A stretch of 64,000 nt of DNA, taken from assembly GCF_048593235.1 (NCBI RefSeq), contig NC_133617.1:69710937-69774936 (forward strand). Direction: 5' to 3'. Positions 10,911 through 24,094 of this stretch are shown piece after piece (positions within the stretch are counted from its first letter, which is position 1; each line of letters begins with the position of its first letter). The notes beneath the pieces are model-generated. The model ran no database searches, was not told the DNA's origin, and saw only the letters and a list, made by a program, of their open reading frames with translations. This DNA is from Sminthopsis crassicaudata (lineage: Eukaryota). The position numbers were made by a program, and so were the translations under genes.

Positions 10911-13019
10911 CCTTATGTTATAGAGTAGGCATCAAGCTAGGAGTGGGCATGTAGCTTACCTGTCATACAGAAGTCAAGTAGCAGAATCACAATTTGAACT
11001 CGATTCCTGACTCCAGTTTCAGTCAGCAATGTCAGTACCATGGGCAACTCCCTAAGACTTAATTTCAGAGAAAGGTGACCATCTACCTTGGTAGAGGGAA
11101 GTCCCTATGCTGATGAAATCATATGTTCCCTTTATATAGTTCCTTTAATTTGAGTCTCACAATGACCTCGTTAGATAGATATTAGTCCCATTTTACAGAT
11201 GAAGAAAATGCAGCTCAAAGAGGTTACTCAGAAGGCTTGATAAATCTAAGGATTTATGTTAACACTTTTACTATGTATGTGATCTTGAGCAAGTCACTGA
11301 ACTTACCCAGGCCTGATTCTTCATTTACATAAAGAAGGGGCTGGATCAGATAGCTTCCAACCATAAATCCATGATTTTAGAATTAAAAGGCAGCTAAGGT
11401 CCCCTCCAATTCTAAATCTGTGAACTTCACAGGGCCATGATGCCAATTCTAGAGGCAGGCTTACAGCCATGCCCTCTGTACAAAGCAGATGCTCATCGAT
11501 ATTTCTTGTATCTTGTCAGATGAGGGTTGGTGCTGCAGAGAAAAGTCAAATCTTTAACAGAAACATCAGCTCCTTTGGAAAGTCTGCAGAGCATCAGAAG
11601 GGGTGAAAAAGGAGGACAAAGAAGGTACTCTAAGCAGAAAGTTTTCCTGACCTTTAAAAAAAACTCTCCTCAGCTGAGAAGCTCTGGCTCTGGAGCTTAG
11701 GAAGAATCTAGGAAGAGAGATTATCTTGATTTTCAGTACCTCAGCAAGGAACAATGTGACCTCTTCTTCAGACCTAGAAGGAACATCGCATTGAACAAAC
11801 AATAAACTTGGATAAATCCAGGATGTGCTGACAGTCAGCACTAAGGAAAGTGAAGGTGCTCCATGGTATACAGGCTGGATTCTGCTCAGGATCTGTGAAC
11901 TGGCCCTTGCAATGAGCAAAGGAATAAGGTGAGTATAAAAGGAGAGGGAGAACCAAGACCCAGTAAGCTCAAAAGGTGGAAAGCTAGAGCAAACAGGTGG
12001 GAGTAATATTTGTGTCTCTGGGAAAGTGGGGAGGGAAGAGGGATGTTTGGGGCCAGGACTAGTGACAGCTTCCTCGGTGAGAAATTTTTATAAAACTAAC
12101 TCGACAGCTAAGTGGTTAAAAATATACACTCCAGCTATGCAATTTTGCAAAGCTCACGTCAGGGGGAGAAATGGAGGTGCTGAAGAGCTCACAAATGAAG
12201 CAAATTGCTGAAAATCGGATTTTTTTATGTCTTATCTTGGAGCCACATGAGAAGAGAAGAGATTGCAATTTCTGCCTGTAGTTTCCTGCACATTTCCATG
12301 GTTAGGGCAGGAGGGATAAAGAACGGGATAGAGAAGGGTGAAATAAAAAGAAAAAAGGGGGAGCCAGAAGAAAGAAAAAGGTCCAAAAAGACAGAGAAGA
12401 GAGAGCGCAAAATAAAAACAAAATTGGGAAAAGGTGGTCTAAAATTTCAGAACGTTAAAGTTGAAAGAGGCTACCAACCTCCCATACCTAAATGGGAAGC
12501 CCCTTTGAAAAATCACCAAGAAATGGTCATCCAACCTTTGCTTAAAGACCTGCACTGATTGGGAACTTATTACCTCAGATCAGTCCATTTCTGGATAACT
12601 CTAAATGTTCAGAGGTTTTTCTTTATGTAGAATCAAAGTCCAAATCTAATCATTTTCCCACCCCCACACCTGCCCTTTCCAGTTCCATTTCTCTCTGTAG
12701 GACAGCTCCACCTGGATGACTCATTGGCATCTCAAAGTTATCATGTCACTTTTTTTTTTTCCATATACTTACCTCCTTGCAAACATTCTTATTTCTATTG
12801 AGGATATCAGCATCCCTCCAATCACCTAGATGTGTCATTTCCTCTGCGGTGTCTCCTCCATCTGTTCCTTCTTCTCCACTCAGACAGCTACCACCTTAGT
12901 TCAGTTCTTATTGCCTTAGGAACCTCATCACTGGTCTCATAGCTGCCAAAGTAATATGCACAGGTTTGAGCAAATATCTCTCACACTTAATTGCCGTCAC
13001 TGGCTCCTTGTCATTGATA

Positions 13020-13240
13020 TTTTTTGTTACTCATTTTTGATTCTTTGTGACCTCATTTGAGATCTTCTTGGCAAAGATAATGGAATTATTTTCCATTTCC
13101 TTCTCCAACTCATTTGCCAGAGGAGGAAACTGAGGCAAACAGGGTTAAGTAACTTGCCCAGGGTCACACAGGTAGTAAATGTCTGAGGCTGGATTTGAAC
13201 TCAGGTCTTCCTGACTGCAATGTCACCTAGCTGCCCTGGC
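13020..13240 (-). mobile_element. MAR1-like CORE-SINE
   Basis: cttcttggcaaagataatgg...gaggaaactgaggcaaacagggttaagtaacttgcccagggtcacacag...gccacctag-like end. Confidence 0.85.
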
Positions 13241-13323
13241 TCCCCATTACCTCTAGAATACTATCCAGAATTTTTTGGGTTTGGTATTCAAAATCCTTTA
13301 CAACCTTGCCACAACATACCTTT

Positions 13324-13350
13324 ACACACACACACACACACACACACACA
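13324..13350. repeat. (CA)n microsatellite, about 13 units
   Basis: Direct inspection. Confidence 0.95.
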
Positions 13351-14214
13351 GAGCAGCCTGGCCAAACATGTGGTCCATCCAAACCACCACTCTTTTAGTT
13401 GACACATGATGCTTCATCTCCAGTCTCTCTGTGTTTTCAAAGGCTGGCTTTGTGGCTTAGAGTATACTCCCTTCCTTCCCACCTCTCTCTTTGAATGCCT
13501 ACCTTCCTTCAAAGCTTAGCTGAAACACCGTTCTTCTATGCAAGACCTTTTTTAAATCCTCCCAGCTGCTAGTGTCCCCTCTAATTGCCTTATATTTAAT
13601 TTTATATATCTTAGTATATGTGTCTCTACTTAAACTATGTAAACTACTTAAAAGCAAAGATTATTTCATTTTTTTCTTGGCAATCCTAGCACCTAGAATA
13701 GTGCCTGGTATATACTTATAAAGTACTTGATAAATACCTATCGATTGATTAATTGATCTTTGTCTTCCCAGGCTCCCATAACCAATCAATTACCAAATCG
13801 ATTCTGTATCCTCATCATTTCTTAAATCCAATCCTTTCTCTACTCAACGAGCTACCATCTCAGTTCAGGATCTCACCAGCCTTTGCTGCTTCCTGAACAG
13901 CTCATGGACTCCTTCCAAACTATCTTGCATTTATTCTCATTAATGTTCCTTCTGCACATACTTAAACATTACTTTTTGTTTTCCCATTAAAGTGTGTTCC
14001 TCCTTGAGAGTATAGATTGGTTCATTCTTTGTACTAGTACCTGGTACATAGTAGGTGTGCAATAAGTGCTTATTATTGGATTGATTTCCTTAGTGTTAGT
14101 ACTTCCCCCACATATTTTGCTTATTTTATTCATCTGTGAATAGACTTGTCTTTTCCTTATCTATGTGTCTTTTCCTTATCTATCCTGTACAGTTTAAGTT
14201 CTCTGAGAACTCAT

Positions 14215-14435
14215 AATTGTTCAGTCTTTCAGTCATGTCCAACTCTTCCTGACCCTGTAAACCTTTCTATCCATAGGATTTTCTTGGCAAAATACTGGAG
14301 TGGTTTGCCATTTCTTTCTCCAGTATATTAAGAGATTAATGATTTGCCTAGGCTGACACAAAAGTGTCTGATGATGGATTTGGACTCAGACCTTTCCAAT
14401 TCCAGTGCCCTATCCACTGAGCCACCTAACTGCCC
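14215..14435 (-). mobile_element. MAR1-like SINE, internally deleted
   Basis: ttcagtcatgtccaactcttcctgaccc...ttttcttggcaaaatactggagtggtttgccatttctttctccag. Confidence 0.75.
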
Positions 14436-15839
14436 CTCCTTGAGAAGAGGAACTGATTTGGCTTTTTTGTTTTGTTTTGTTTTGTTTGTTTATTTATTTG
14501 TTTTGTAAATTCAGCTCCTAGTGCAATGCCTGATATATAGCAAGGGCTTCATGAATGTTTGTTGAATTGAACTGAAATGTTCTAGCCTGCCTTTTGGCAG
14601 AATCCTCCAACTGGCATTGCTGTTGCTGGCCATCTCTCTGAACTCTGGTCATCCTCAATCTTGATAAAGGTGCCATTTATGATAGATGAGGTCGAACAGA
14701 TATCAATCCCTGGAGCACTCCATTTGAGACCATTCTTCCAAGATGATATGGAGGCACTAACAGGTGGTACTCTTTGGCTCCAGAAATTTAACCACTTCTG
14801 TTTCATTCTAATATAACTCCCATCTCTCAGTTTGAACCATAAAAAAAATGGGAGAGATCTTTGGTTAAAATCTAGGTAAATCTACCACATTTCCTTGATC
14901 TACTGTCTAATAACCTTGGGGTCCCTACATTTTATCCTCTAGTTTCACTATGGTCACTAGAATAAAATACAAACTTCTCACTCTTGCATTTAATGCTTCC
15001 CATTCTGGCTCCAATCTACCTTTTCAATCTTATTTCATATTATTCCCCTTTACATTCCAGATAGCCTGAAGACAAGATATCCTGGCAACTCAACGTTCTA
15101 TCTTCTACCAATCTGCATTTGTTCAAGTATCCCATGCCTGGAATGAACCCCTTTTTCTTCTCTGATTAAAGAATACTCATCCTTCAAGTTTTGACTTAAG
15201 TGCCAAGTACTTCCCCATCCCCCATCCATTTGATAGTATTTTTCCTCATCAAATCTCCTTAGATCATAATTCATATTTATAGAGTACTTTAAGGTTAGAA
15301 AAAAGCTTTGCATATATTACCCCACTTGATTCTCACAACAACTCTTCAAGGAAGGTGCTATTATTATTATTTCCATTTTATAGATGAAGAAACTGAGGTT
15401 CAGAGAGATTAAGAGATCTGCCCAGTATCACAAACTATTAAGTGTCTTAGACACAATAAGCCTAGATCGTCTTGACTACAAATCCAGCGCTATTTCCACT
15501 TTAATAAGCTTTGATCTCTCTTTTGTCCTATTCATTCCATTCCTTGAATTATACAGGGTCTTCATAAACTCTTTTTAAAAAGAGTTTTAAGCTATTAAAG
15601 CTTTGGGGATCCCCTGTAATTTTAATATTTAATATTGCATCCCCTAAGTAGAATATAAGCTCATTAAGTGATGGTTTCATTTTTGCCTCTGGCCCCAAAA
15701 TCCAGCACAGTGCCTTGACACATAGTATGCACCTAAGAATATCTGCTGGATTTAACTGAAATATGTTTCTACAAAACTCCCCCTCTTCAACACACCCACA
15801 CATGTTCCTAGTTCTCTCCTTTTAGAGCTAAGCAGTATG

Positions 15840-16130
15840 TCTAAGTGCTCTTCCATGTGATGGATGGCCTTGTAAACATGTCCCCTGAACCTTCAAGCCA
15901 AGTCTTCTCTTTTCCAAGCTAATTCCAGCTTTTTCATCCAGTTTTTGTTGTCCTGCTTACAGTCCCCTCAGCATCCTGGGTGCTCACTTCTGGACATTTT
16001 TCAGTTTGTCATCGGTGCCCAGGATCAGACCCAATACTCCAGATATGGTCTGACTTGAACAGAGTAGAGTGGGACAATTCACTTCCTCTCTAGAAATACC
16101 TGCAGTCAAGAATCATGTTGCACTTTTGGG
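15840..16130 (-). mobile_element. CR1/L3 LINE fragment
   Basis: aagtcttctcttttccaagctaattcc...ggacattttcagtttgtc...gtgcccaggatcagacccaatactccagatatggtctgac, reversed L3 3' region. Confidence 0.7.
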
Positions 16131-16299
16131 GGGACTACTACATCACACCATAGCAAAGGCAAGAAGGAACCTAGAAAGGGATGTAGAAAGGTCTAAAAAT
16201 GAGGGAGAATGGAATCCCTTCCTCTTGGCCAGAGGGTGGTGAAAGCACAATAATGGGAGCTCTCTTGCTATGAGGGAGGTTACCTTAGATAGTAATAAC

Positions 16300-16470
16300 A
16301 ATAATCATTCAACATTAGGAAAGGAATAAAAAGAATTCATCATTTTAAAAACTAAAACACCCAAACTGCATGATTATTTTAGTAGATGGAGAAAAAGCCT
16401 TTGACAAAATAGAACTTCATTTATGTTAAAAATTCTACAAAGCACAGGCATAGTGGGATCTTTTTAATGT
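16300..16470 (+). mobile_element. L1 ORF2 reverse-transcriptase fragment
   Basis: Translates as NCMIILVDGEKAFDKIE then, after a frameshift, FMLKILQSTGI, matching L1 RT [21 protein letters not shown]. Confidence 0.8.
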
Positions 16471-18549
16471 CAAAAAGTAGCAATAATTATTAATATTTTA
16501 TATGGAGCTTCAAAGTTTGCAAAGTGCTTTGCATATATTGCCTCATTTGGTCCTCACAACAAGCCTGAGAGATAGGTATTATTAATTAACTTATTTGGGG
16601 AAGTTGAGGCCCAGAAAAGTTAGGAAATTTTCTCAGTCACAAAGCTAATGAATTATCTAGGATGGGTTTTGAATCCAAGTCATCCTGACTCTAAGTCCTG
16701 AACTCTATCCAATGTGTTGTTGTGCAGGGAGCACCTTAGCTCGATGCTTCGTTGCTTACAAGGTGGGCAACAGGACAGTATACAGATGTCTTGGCTCCTG
16801 AAGCATCCTAACTCATCAGTGCTTAGGCCTTGAGATGCTGAAAAAACCAAGTCATGGCTTCCTAAGACCATAGGAAGGGGAATGAAATGAGCAAATGAAT
16901 GAAAAGAACAGAACAATTTAGGGGATTATGACTAGAGGGGATGCAGTGAGGAGGTATTTAATTCAACCTCTGAAGCCTAATACATGTCCCTTTGACATTC
17001 CTTAGGTGTGAGATGATGAGGTGAGAGAGAAAGAAAGGGAGAAGGAAAGAGAGAGAGAGAGAATATAAAGGAAAAGAAAGGAATAGCCTCTCCTCTCAAG
17101 CATTTTACACTCTTTCATGGATAAAACAATATATGTATACATAAATATACAGAATAAATAATATAAATAAGGTAGTCTGCGGAGTAAGGAGACTAGCTCC
17201 TGGGGATCCAAAGAAGGCTGTATTTAGAGGATACCTTGAGCTGGGTCTTGAAGGAAGTAAGGAATTATTCAAGGGGAGACCATAGGATAAGGGCAAATGA
17301 AGGAGTAGGAAAGAGGATGGAGAGCACTTGTCCCTGGGCCCATTGGTTAATTAAGTAAAGATGCTCTCTGAGCATCATCCCAATACTCCCCTCCCAGCCT
17401 GAGCAGCAGGATAGAGTAGATAGATATTGGAACTAGGAAAATGGGTTCAGTTCTACCTCTTGACACATTCTCATTGTCTGATGAGCAAACCACTTCTCTG
17501 AGACTCAATCTCTTCATACAAAAAAAGGGCATAAGAATATCTGAACCACACAAGGAAGATGGGAGGAGAAAATTAAATGCTGTAAAGTCCTGTATTCATA
17601 TCAGCTGATGATTATTCTTCAATAGGTGAAGAGCTTTCACCTCCCTCCTCACATCCAAACAGTCCTTTACACCATCTCCAGAAGAAGCTATCTAAACTAT
17701 TCTGTAGCTTCCTTGCTCCTACTGTATAATATTCCAACTCCTTTATCTGGCACTCAGAACTTTCTTTAATCTGCTGCCAGCCTACCTTTGAAGCCTTAGC
17801 TCCTTCCCTCACTTTAAGTTTCAGTTAAGCTATATTCTTTTCCTTAAATAGGATGTTATCTCTTCTCACCTCCATGTTTTTGCTCATTGTTACGCAAGAG
17901 ATTTTATCATCCTCTGACTTGGTTCTTGGGGATCAAATATAGCCTTTTCTATTTGGTTTTCAAAACCCCTCGCATCTGGCCCCAATCTATCTTTCTAGAA
18001 TTGTCAAATTACCACCACTTTTTCCCCTCAAAACCTCACATGTTCTATGTTCCAGATAAAATGGCCTTTCTTCTGCTCTTGGTATACCACACTCCATCTC
18101 CCATCTCTGTGCTTTTGTACCGGTGGTTCTCCCATGCCTTATATGCACTCCCTCTTCACCTCCACCTCTTAGAAATCCTTTTTCTTTTTAGATTTAGCTC
18201 AAACTCCATCTTCTTCATTAAACTTTGCCAGATATTCCCAGCTGTTAGTGTTTCCCTATCCAAATTATCTTATATATAAATTGTATATATTTCCATAGGT
18301 ACATATTGGTTCATCTCATTAGGGACTGTTCATCTCTGTCTTTATATCCTTGTAGTACTGTGTCTGGCATAAATGAATGCATATGGATTGACTGATACCA
18401 TTCTAAATACTGACTCCAAAATCTTCAAGCTATGTAACTTCAAGTAAATCATTTCATCTCTTCAGGTTCTGTTATCTCATGCTTTTTAAAACATGGTTAA
18501 TAATATATGTACTACTTACCACTTGAGATTGCCAGGAGAAAGGTGCTTT

Positions 18550-19280
18550 ACAAACCTTAAGACATCATTAAGCCATAAGATTGGCTAATATGACAAAAAA
18601 AGAGGAAATATTGAATATTAGAGGGGATGTGGGAAAACCAGGACACAATGTGGAGTTGTGAATTGACCCAACGATTCTGGAGAGCAATTTGGAACTAGGC
18701 ATACCTTTTGATCCATCAATACCATTCCTAGGTCTATATCCCAAAGACATCCAAAAAAAGGGAAAAGAACCCATTTATACCAAAAATGTCAATAGCAGCT
18801 CTTTTTGTGGTGACTAAGAACTGGAAATTGAAGTGATACCCCTCAACTGGGGAATGGCTAAACAAGCTATGATATATAATTATAATACAATATTATTGTA
18901 CTATAAGAAATGATAGCAGGATGGTTTTAGAAAAACCTAGAAAGACTTACAAAAATGTTGTACACAGTAACAGCAATATAATTCAATGGAGAACCATGAA
19001 TGATTCAATCAATCTCAGCAATACAATGATTCAAGACAATTCCAAAGGACTAAGGATAAAGTACACTATCTCTCTCCAGAGAAAGAACTGATAGTAATTT
19101 AATATAAACAGAAGCATGGTTAAATTTTCTTTCATTTTTTCTTTTATTTGCATCTTCTTTTTACAAAGTAATATGGAAATATTTTGCATAATTCTACATG
19201 TGTAATATCTCTGATTGCTTACCTTCTCTAGTAGGAAGTAGAATTTGGAAATCAAAACTTTAAATAAAAATGTTTAAAAC
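18550..19280 (+). mobile_element. 5'-truncated older L1 (ORF2 C-terminus plus 3' UTR)
   Basis: attggctaatatgacaaaa...attctggagagcaatttggaac...gcagctctttttgtggtgactaagaactggaaattg, A-rich end near 19270. Confidence 0.85.
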
Positions 19281-19794
19281 TGGAAGAGGAAAGCACTGTA
19301 TTGTATTATTATTGTATGCAAAGGACCCGTGATTTCATAGGGTGGATAGGGGACCTTTCTCTCCTGACACATAGCCCAAAGCTGCTGCAATTTGATAATT
19401 GATCCTTGGGCCTAAAAAAGTCATCTATGTACAGCCTGGCAATGAAGCTCTCTGAATGGCGATTGACTGGTCCTTGAGGGGCAGGTTCTGCAGTACATAA
19501 TTGGGTCCATTCTGGAAGCTGGTCCAGCTTTCTGTAGTATTTTCTAAAGTTTGCCCTCATTGACATAGCCTTCCGGTATCAGGAGTATGGGGTGAGACAC
19601 AAACATGCCAAAGTGAAGCATTAGAAAAGGACTTTGATAGAAGTATCAAAGAAGTATTATTGTTAGGTCCTATTTTACTCACTGATTCAAATCAGTAAAT
19701 TTTCTTAGGTCAACAGAAGCAAACAGCTCTCTGAGCACAATAAAGGCAGGCAACTTGTTCCTCTTTGTCTACGATGGCTGTCAGTCTCTATACA

Positions 19795-20075
19795 TGTATG
19801 TGCTTGTGTGTCTGAATGTGTCTGTCTATCTCTTTGCCTCTGTGTATCTTTCCTAGTTATCTATTTATCTGTCTGCCAACCTATCTGTCTACCTGTGTCT
19901 CTGTCTCTGTATATGTTTGTCTCTCCCTCTCTTTCTCTTCTTTCCTCTTCCCTCTCTCCCTTTTCTTCTTCCCTCCCCTTCTGTCTTCTCTCCTCTCTTC
20001 TCCTTCCCTTCCCTTTCTTCTCTTCTCCTCTCCTCTCCTCCCTCACTTTTCTCCTCCCCTCTTCTCTCCCTTTTT
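19795..20075. repeat. Pyrimidine-rich low-complexity tract ((TCTG)n/(TC)n/(TTCTC)n)
   Basis: Direct inspection; source of spurious ORFs 19808-20217. Confidence 0.9.
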
Positions 20076-20077
20076 CC

Positions 20078-20800
20078 TGGTTAGACTCCATCTGGAGCAT
20101 TGTGCTTATTCTGGGCACCACCATTTTGAAAGGACACTGAAAAGCTGGAGAATGCCCAGAGCAGGGCAGCCAGACAGTGAAGGGCTCCGAGTCCATGTCA
20201 TAGGAGAATTAAGTTGAAGAAACCGAGGCTGTTTAGCCTGAAGAAGAGAAGACTCGGGGGGCACATGATAGCTGTCTTCAAGCATCTGAAGGGCCGTCAT
20301 CTGGAAAAAGGATTAGATTCATTCAGCCCAGTCTCAGAGAGAAGAACTGGGAACATGGGTAGAAAAGGTTTTGTGTCAGGGGAAACTTAACAATCAGAGC
20401 CTCCCTCCATCCTCCCACCCCCAACCCCTCTATGGAATGGGCTCAGAAAATGCTCCTCCCCCCCTTACTGGAAGCTACTCTTCCCTCCCCAGCATGGAAT
20501 GAGCTCACTCAGAAAATACGCCTCCCCCTCACTGATGGCTCCCCTCACTCCCCCTCCCCTCCATGAAATGGGCTCACTCAGAGAATACCCCTCCCCCTCA
20601 CTGGAGGCTCCCCTCACTCCCCCTCCCCACCATGAAATGGGCTTCCTCAGGAAATACCCCTCCCCCCTCACTGGAGGCTTCTGGTAGAGAATGAAGGACC
20701 ACCTGTCAAATGTACTGTGGGAGTTTCCTCTTTAGGATTGCCTTGGACAGACTGGCTGGCTGCTGCGTAAGACCCTTCCAACCCTGAAATTCTAATGAGG
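20078..20800 (+). mobile_element. CR1/L3 3' end
   Basis: ctggagcattgtgcttattctgggcaccaccattttgaaaggacactgaaaagctggag...tttagcctgaagaagagaagactcggggggcacatgatagctgtcttcaagcatctgaaggg; tail acccttccaaccctgaaattct. Confidence 0.85.
20432..20680. repeat. 69-bp minisatellite, about 3.7 units, inside the L3 tail
   Basis: Unit starts at 20432, 20494, 20563, 20632 (periods 62, 69, 69). Confidence 0.9.
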
Positions 20801-23069
20801 ATTGCTGAGCCTTTCCTGATATTCCAGCCTCGGACATCTCCTAGCTCCGTGACCCTGGCAAACCGTTAAACCTATCTCGCCCTTGGTCTCCTCATTTGCA
20901 AAAATAGGATCCATGCTTGCTACAGGATCAAATGAAAGAATTTCTGCAAAACGCTTTGCAAAGCTCTAAGTGCTAGCTCATATTTTTATTTTCATTTTTT
21001 CAAAACCAGATTGAAGGTCCTCCGATTCTTTGAGTTGCTCCAAGCCAAAGGACCTGGATGCCCACCTTCTACTCCAGGGCATCAGGACCAGCCCAGAGCC
21101 CCCTGCCAGGGTTCTTTCTCAGTCCCAGGCAGCCCTGACACAGGCTAGGGGCCAGGTTCCCTTCCTGGGAAACAATCCGGTCTCACCTAGATTAGTAAGC
21201 AAGTCACTTGCCAGACGAGATGAGTGTTCCCGGATTTCAGAGGAGCAGACCCGCCAGCAGTCTTGGAAATAGCGCTGCCTTCCAAAGCCACACTAATGCA
21301 ATAGGCCAGGCCTGTAATTTACTGACGCTTCACAGGGAGGCTGGGGAGGTTTTGTTGTTGTTGCCTTACAATAATCATGGAAGCAACACAGACTGTTTTC
21401 CAAAACACGGATTTGCCTGTTCTGCACCTCTCTGCAGACAAACCCAGCAGCCCTGGCCACAGAGTCGGGGACAGGGCTCGGGTTCCCTTCATCAAGCCCT
21501 CGGCACTCCCAAGTTCCACACGTTCACCCCCCTGCAGGGAGAAGAGAAGGTGGCAGTGACCTCTCCGCCCCTTCCCTCCCACCTGCATTCTATCTTAGCA
21601 GCCTTCAGGAAGAAGGGGACCTTCCCCTTCTCTTTGAACTACTTAGTGATGTGTGTATTTACCACCCATCCTTTCTTGTTCCTTTTTCCAAAGCAGAGAT
21701 TTCTGTGGACACAGTGATCTCAGTGTTTTGATTCAGTGCCAAAGGGGGGGAAAAAAAAACAAAACCTGATTCTGTCAGGATTCAGGACTGGGTTGAACTG
21801 GATAGGCAGCTGAACAGGCTCCTTCAGTCAGTATGTACATACTTCTTCCATGCAGACCCCCAAACTTCCATCTGCTACAGACTTTGCCCAGGCTAAAAAA
21901 CTCATCCCTTTGTGACCAACCACCAGGTTGGATCACAATGCTCTCCAGCTCAAGAAGTTTCAGTGGCTCCCAATTGTTTCTAAGATAAAGCAAAAAACAC
22001 CAAATCCTTTTATTTGTTATTTAAAATCCTCTCCAATCTGGCCCCAATGTATCCTGAATTCACCTTATTCCCATTTAGGCATCCTACATTCCACCCAAAC
22101 TGGTCTCAATCTATCTCCCACATTTGTTTCTTTCACTCAGCCATCTCCCTCTTAGGATAGATTGAGAGCTATGTGAAACTTAGAAATCAAATCCAACCTC
22201 TTCATTTTATAGATGAGGAAACTGCGGTGAAGTGTCTTCCCCAGGGTCCCATGGCTAGTAAGTGTCTGAGGCAGGGCTTGAATTCAGGTTTTCTTGAATC
22301 TAAATCTAGCACTACACCTAATATATTTACCAGTCAGCTTTTTGGTAGCCTTAATTCCCTTTAAAGCCAAGAGAAAGTTGCACTTCCTACAAAAACCTGT
22401 TTCCCCCCCTCAGTTGGTAGCTTCTCCATAGTCCTGAAATTACTTTGTATTTATTTTCTACTCAATTGTTGTTTATTTGTTTGTATGATATTATTGGGGT
22501 TTAGCTCATTGGCACAGTGGATAGAATGCTGAGCAGAGTCAGTAAAACTGAGCTTCCTGAGTTCAAATCCAGCCTCAGACATTTATTAGCTGTGTGACCC
22601 TGTGTAAGTCACTTAACCTTTGCCTCAACTGTAAAATGGGGATAATAATACTTTCTTCCCGGAGTTGTTTCTGAAGATCAAACTAGATAATATTTGTAAG
22701 GTGGTTTTTCTGAAGATCAAATGAAATAATGTTTGTAAAGTGCTTAATGCAATGTCTGGAACATGATGGGTACTATGTAAATGCTTCTTCCCTTCTTCCC
22801 TTCCCTAAAAGCTTCCTTAAAAGATAAAATGGGATGAAGAAATGACATTTTCCAGAAGAGCAGAAAGACCATTGACTTGGGAGCCCCCAGACTCTACATT
22901 CAAATTCAGACTATTTATCACTGTGGGACCTTGATTAAAGGCATTTACCCAAGAAGTCTTCATTCTTCCCCAGGTTGCCTTCTTCTACATTTCTTTGTTT
23001 CATTGTTGCTTTGTTTCTTTCTTTCTGCTGAAGCAATTGGAGTCAAGTGACTTACCCAGATTCACACAG

Positions 23070-23615
23070 NNNNNNNNNNNNNNNNNNNNNNNNNNNNNNN
23101 NNNNNNNNNNNNNNNNNNNNNNNNNNNNNNNNNNNNNNNNNNNNNNNNNNNNNNNNNNNNNNNNNNNNNNNNNNNNNNNNNNNNNNNNNNNNNNNNNNNN
23201 NNNNNNNNNNNNNNNNNNNNNNNNNNNNNNNNNNNNNNNNNNNNNNNNNNNNNNNNNNNNNNNNNNNNNNNNNNNNNNNNNNNNNNNNNNNNNNNNNNNN
23301 NNNNNNNNNNNNNNNNNNNNNNNNNNNNNNNNNNNNNNNNNNNNNNNNNNNNNNNNNNNNNNNNNNNNNNNNNNNNNNNNNNNNNNNNNNNNNNNNNNNN
23401 NNNNNNNNNNNNNNNNNNNNNNNNNNNNNNNNNNNNNNNNNNNNNNNNNNNNNNNNNNNNNNNNNNNNNNNNNNNNNNNNNNNNNNNNNNNNNNNNNNNN
23501 NNNNNNNNNNNNNNNNNNNNNNNNNNNNNNNNNNNNNNNNNNNNNNNNNNNNNNNNNNNNNNNNNNNNNNNNNNNNNNNNNNNNNNNNNNNNNNNNNNNN
23601 NNNNNNNNNNNNNNN
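23070..23615. other. Assembly gap (546 N)
   Basis: Run of N. Confidence 1.
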
Positions 23616-24094
23616 TGCAGACATGTTTCCTGCTCATTGGTGATGAGTTTATTAACTTTCATTTTATGTTGCCTTGCCTTATTAGAATGTAAGCTCTTTG
23701 AGGGAATGGATTGTGTTTCTTACTGTTATATTTGTTTTTTCATACTTAGCACAATGCCTGGCACATAGTTGCTTCATAGATTCTTGTTGACTCTATAGTC
23801 AGTTTTTTCATCTGTAAAAAGAGATGTTTAGACAAGATGCCATTGAAAATCCTTTTAAGCTACAAATCTAGAATCCTAAGTGAAATGGCCTCATTAGGAT
23901 GACAAGGACCCAGATTTCCTGCCTTGGAATTGTTGTAAATGTTCTAGAAGGCATCTGCCTGGGGGTTCTGGGATGGATTTGTTCTTTCAGCTCTGGAAGG
24001 GTCTTTAAAAACCATAGGGGAGGAAAGATCCATCCTGGAAATCCCAGTGTAAATCTCCTCCTTCCCTTTCACCTCCTCCTCTATCCCCATTGGG

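Larger units (their letters stand above)
12700..13750 (+). mobile_element. L2 3' region interrupted by a MAR1-like SINE and (CA)n
   Basis: L2-like pyrimidine-rich body ending in cctagcacctagaatagtgcctgg...aagtacttgataaatacc. Confidence 0.65.

Noticed and set aside
11815-11928. Plus-frame peptide PWYTGWILLRICELALA vaguely like tyrosine-recombinase box I
   Set aside because: Spacing is wrong, the frame is broken by stops and there are no other YR motifs
19808-20217. 110-133 aa ORFs
   Set aside because: CT-rich low complexity plus L3 sequence
20465-20687. Repeat-peptide ORFs on both strands (23-codon period)
   Set aside because: Consequence of a 69-bp unit inside an L3 relic; no splice or expression evidence
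22995-23768. Long ORFs of 190-257 aa in the track
   Set aside because: They consist of X residues across the N gap
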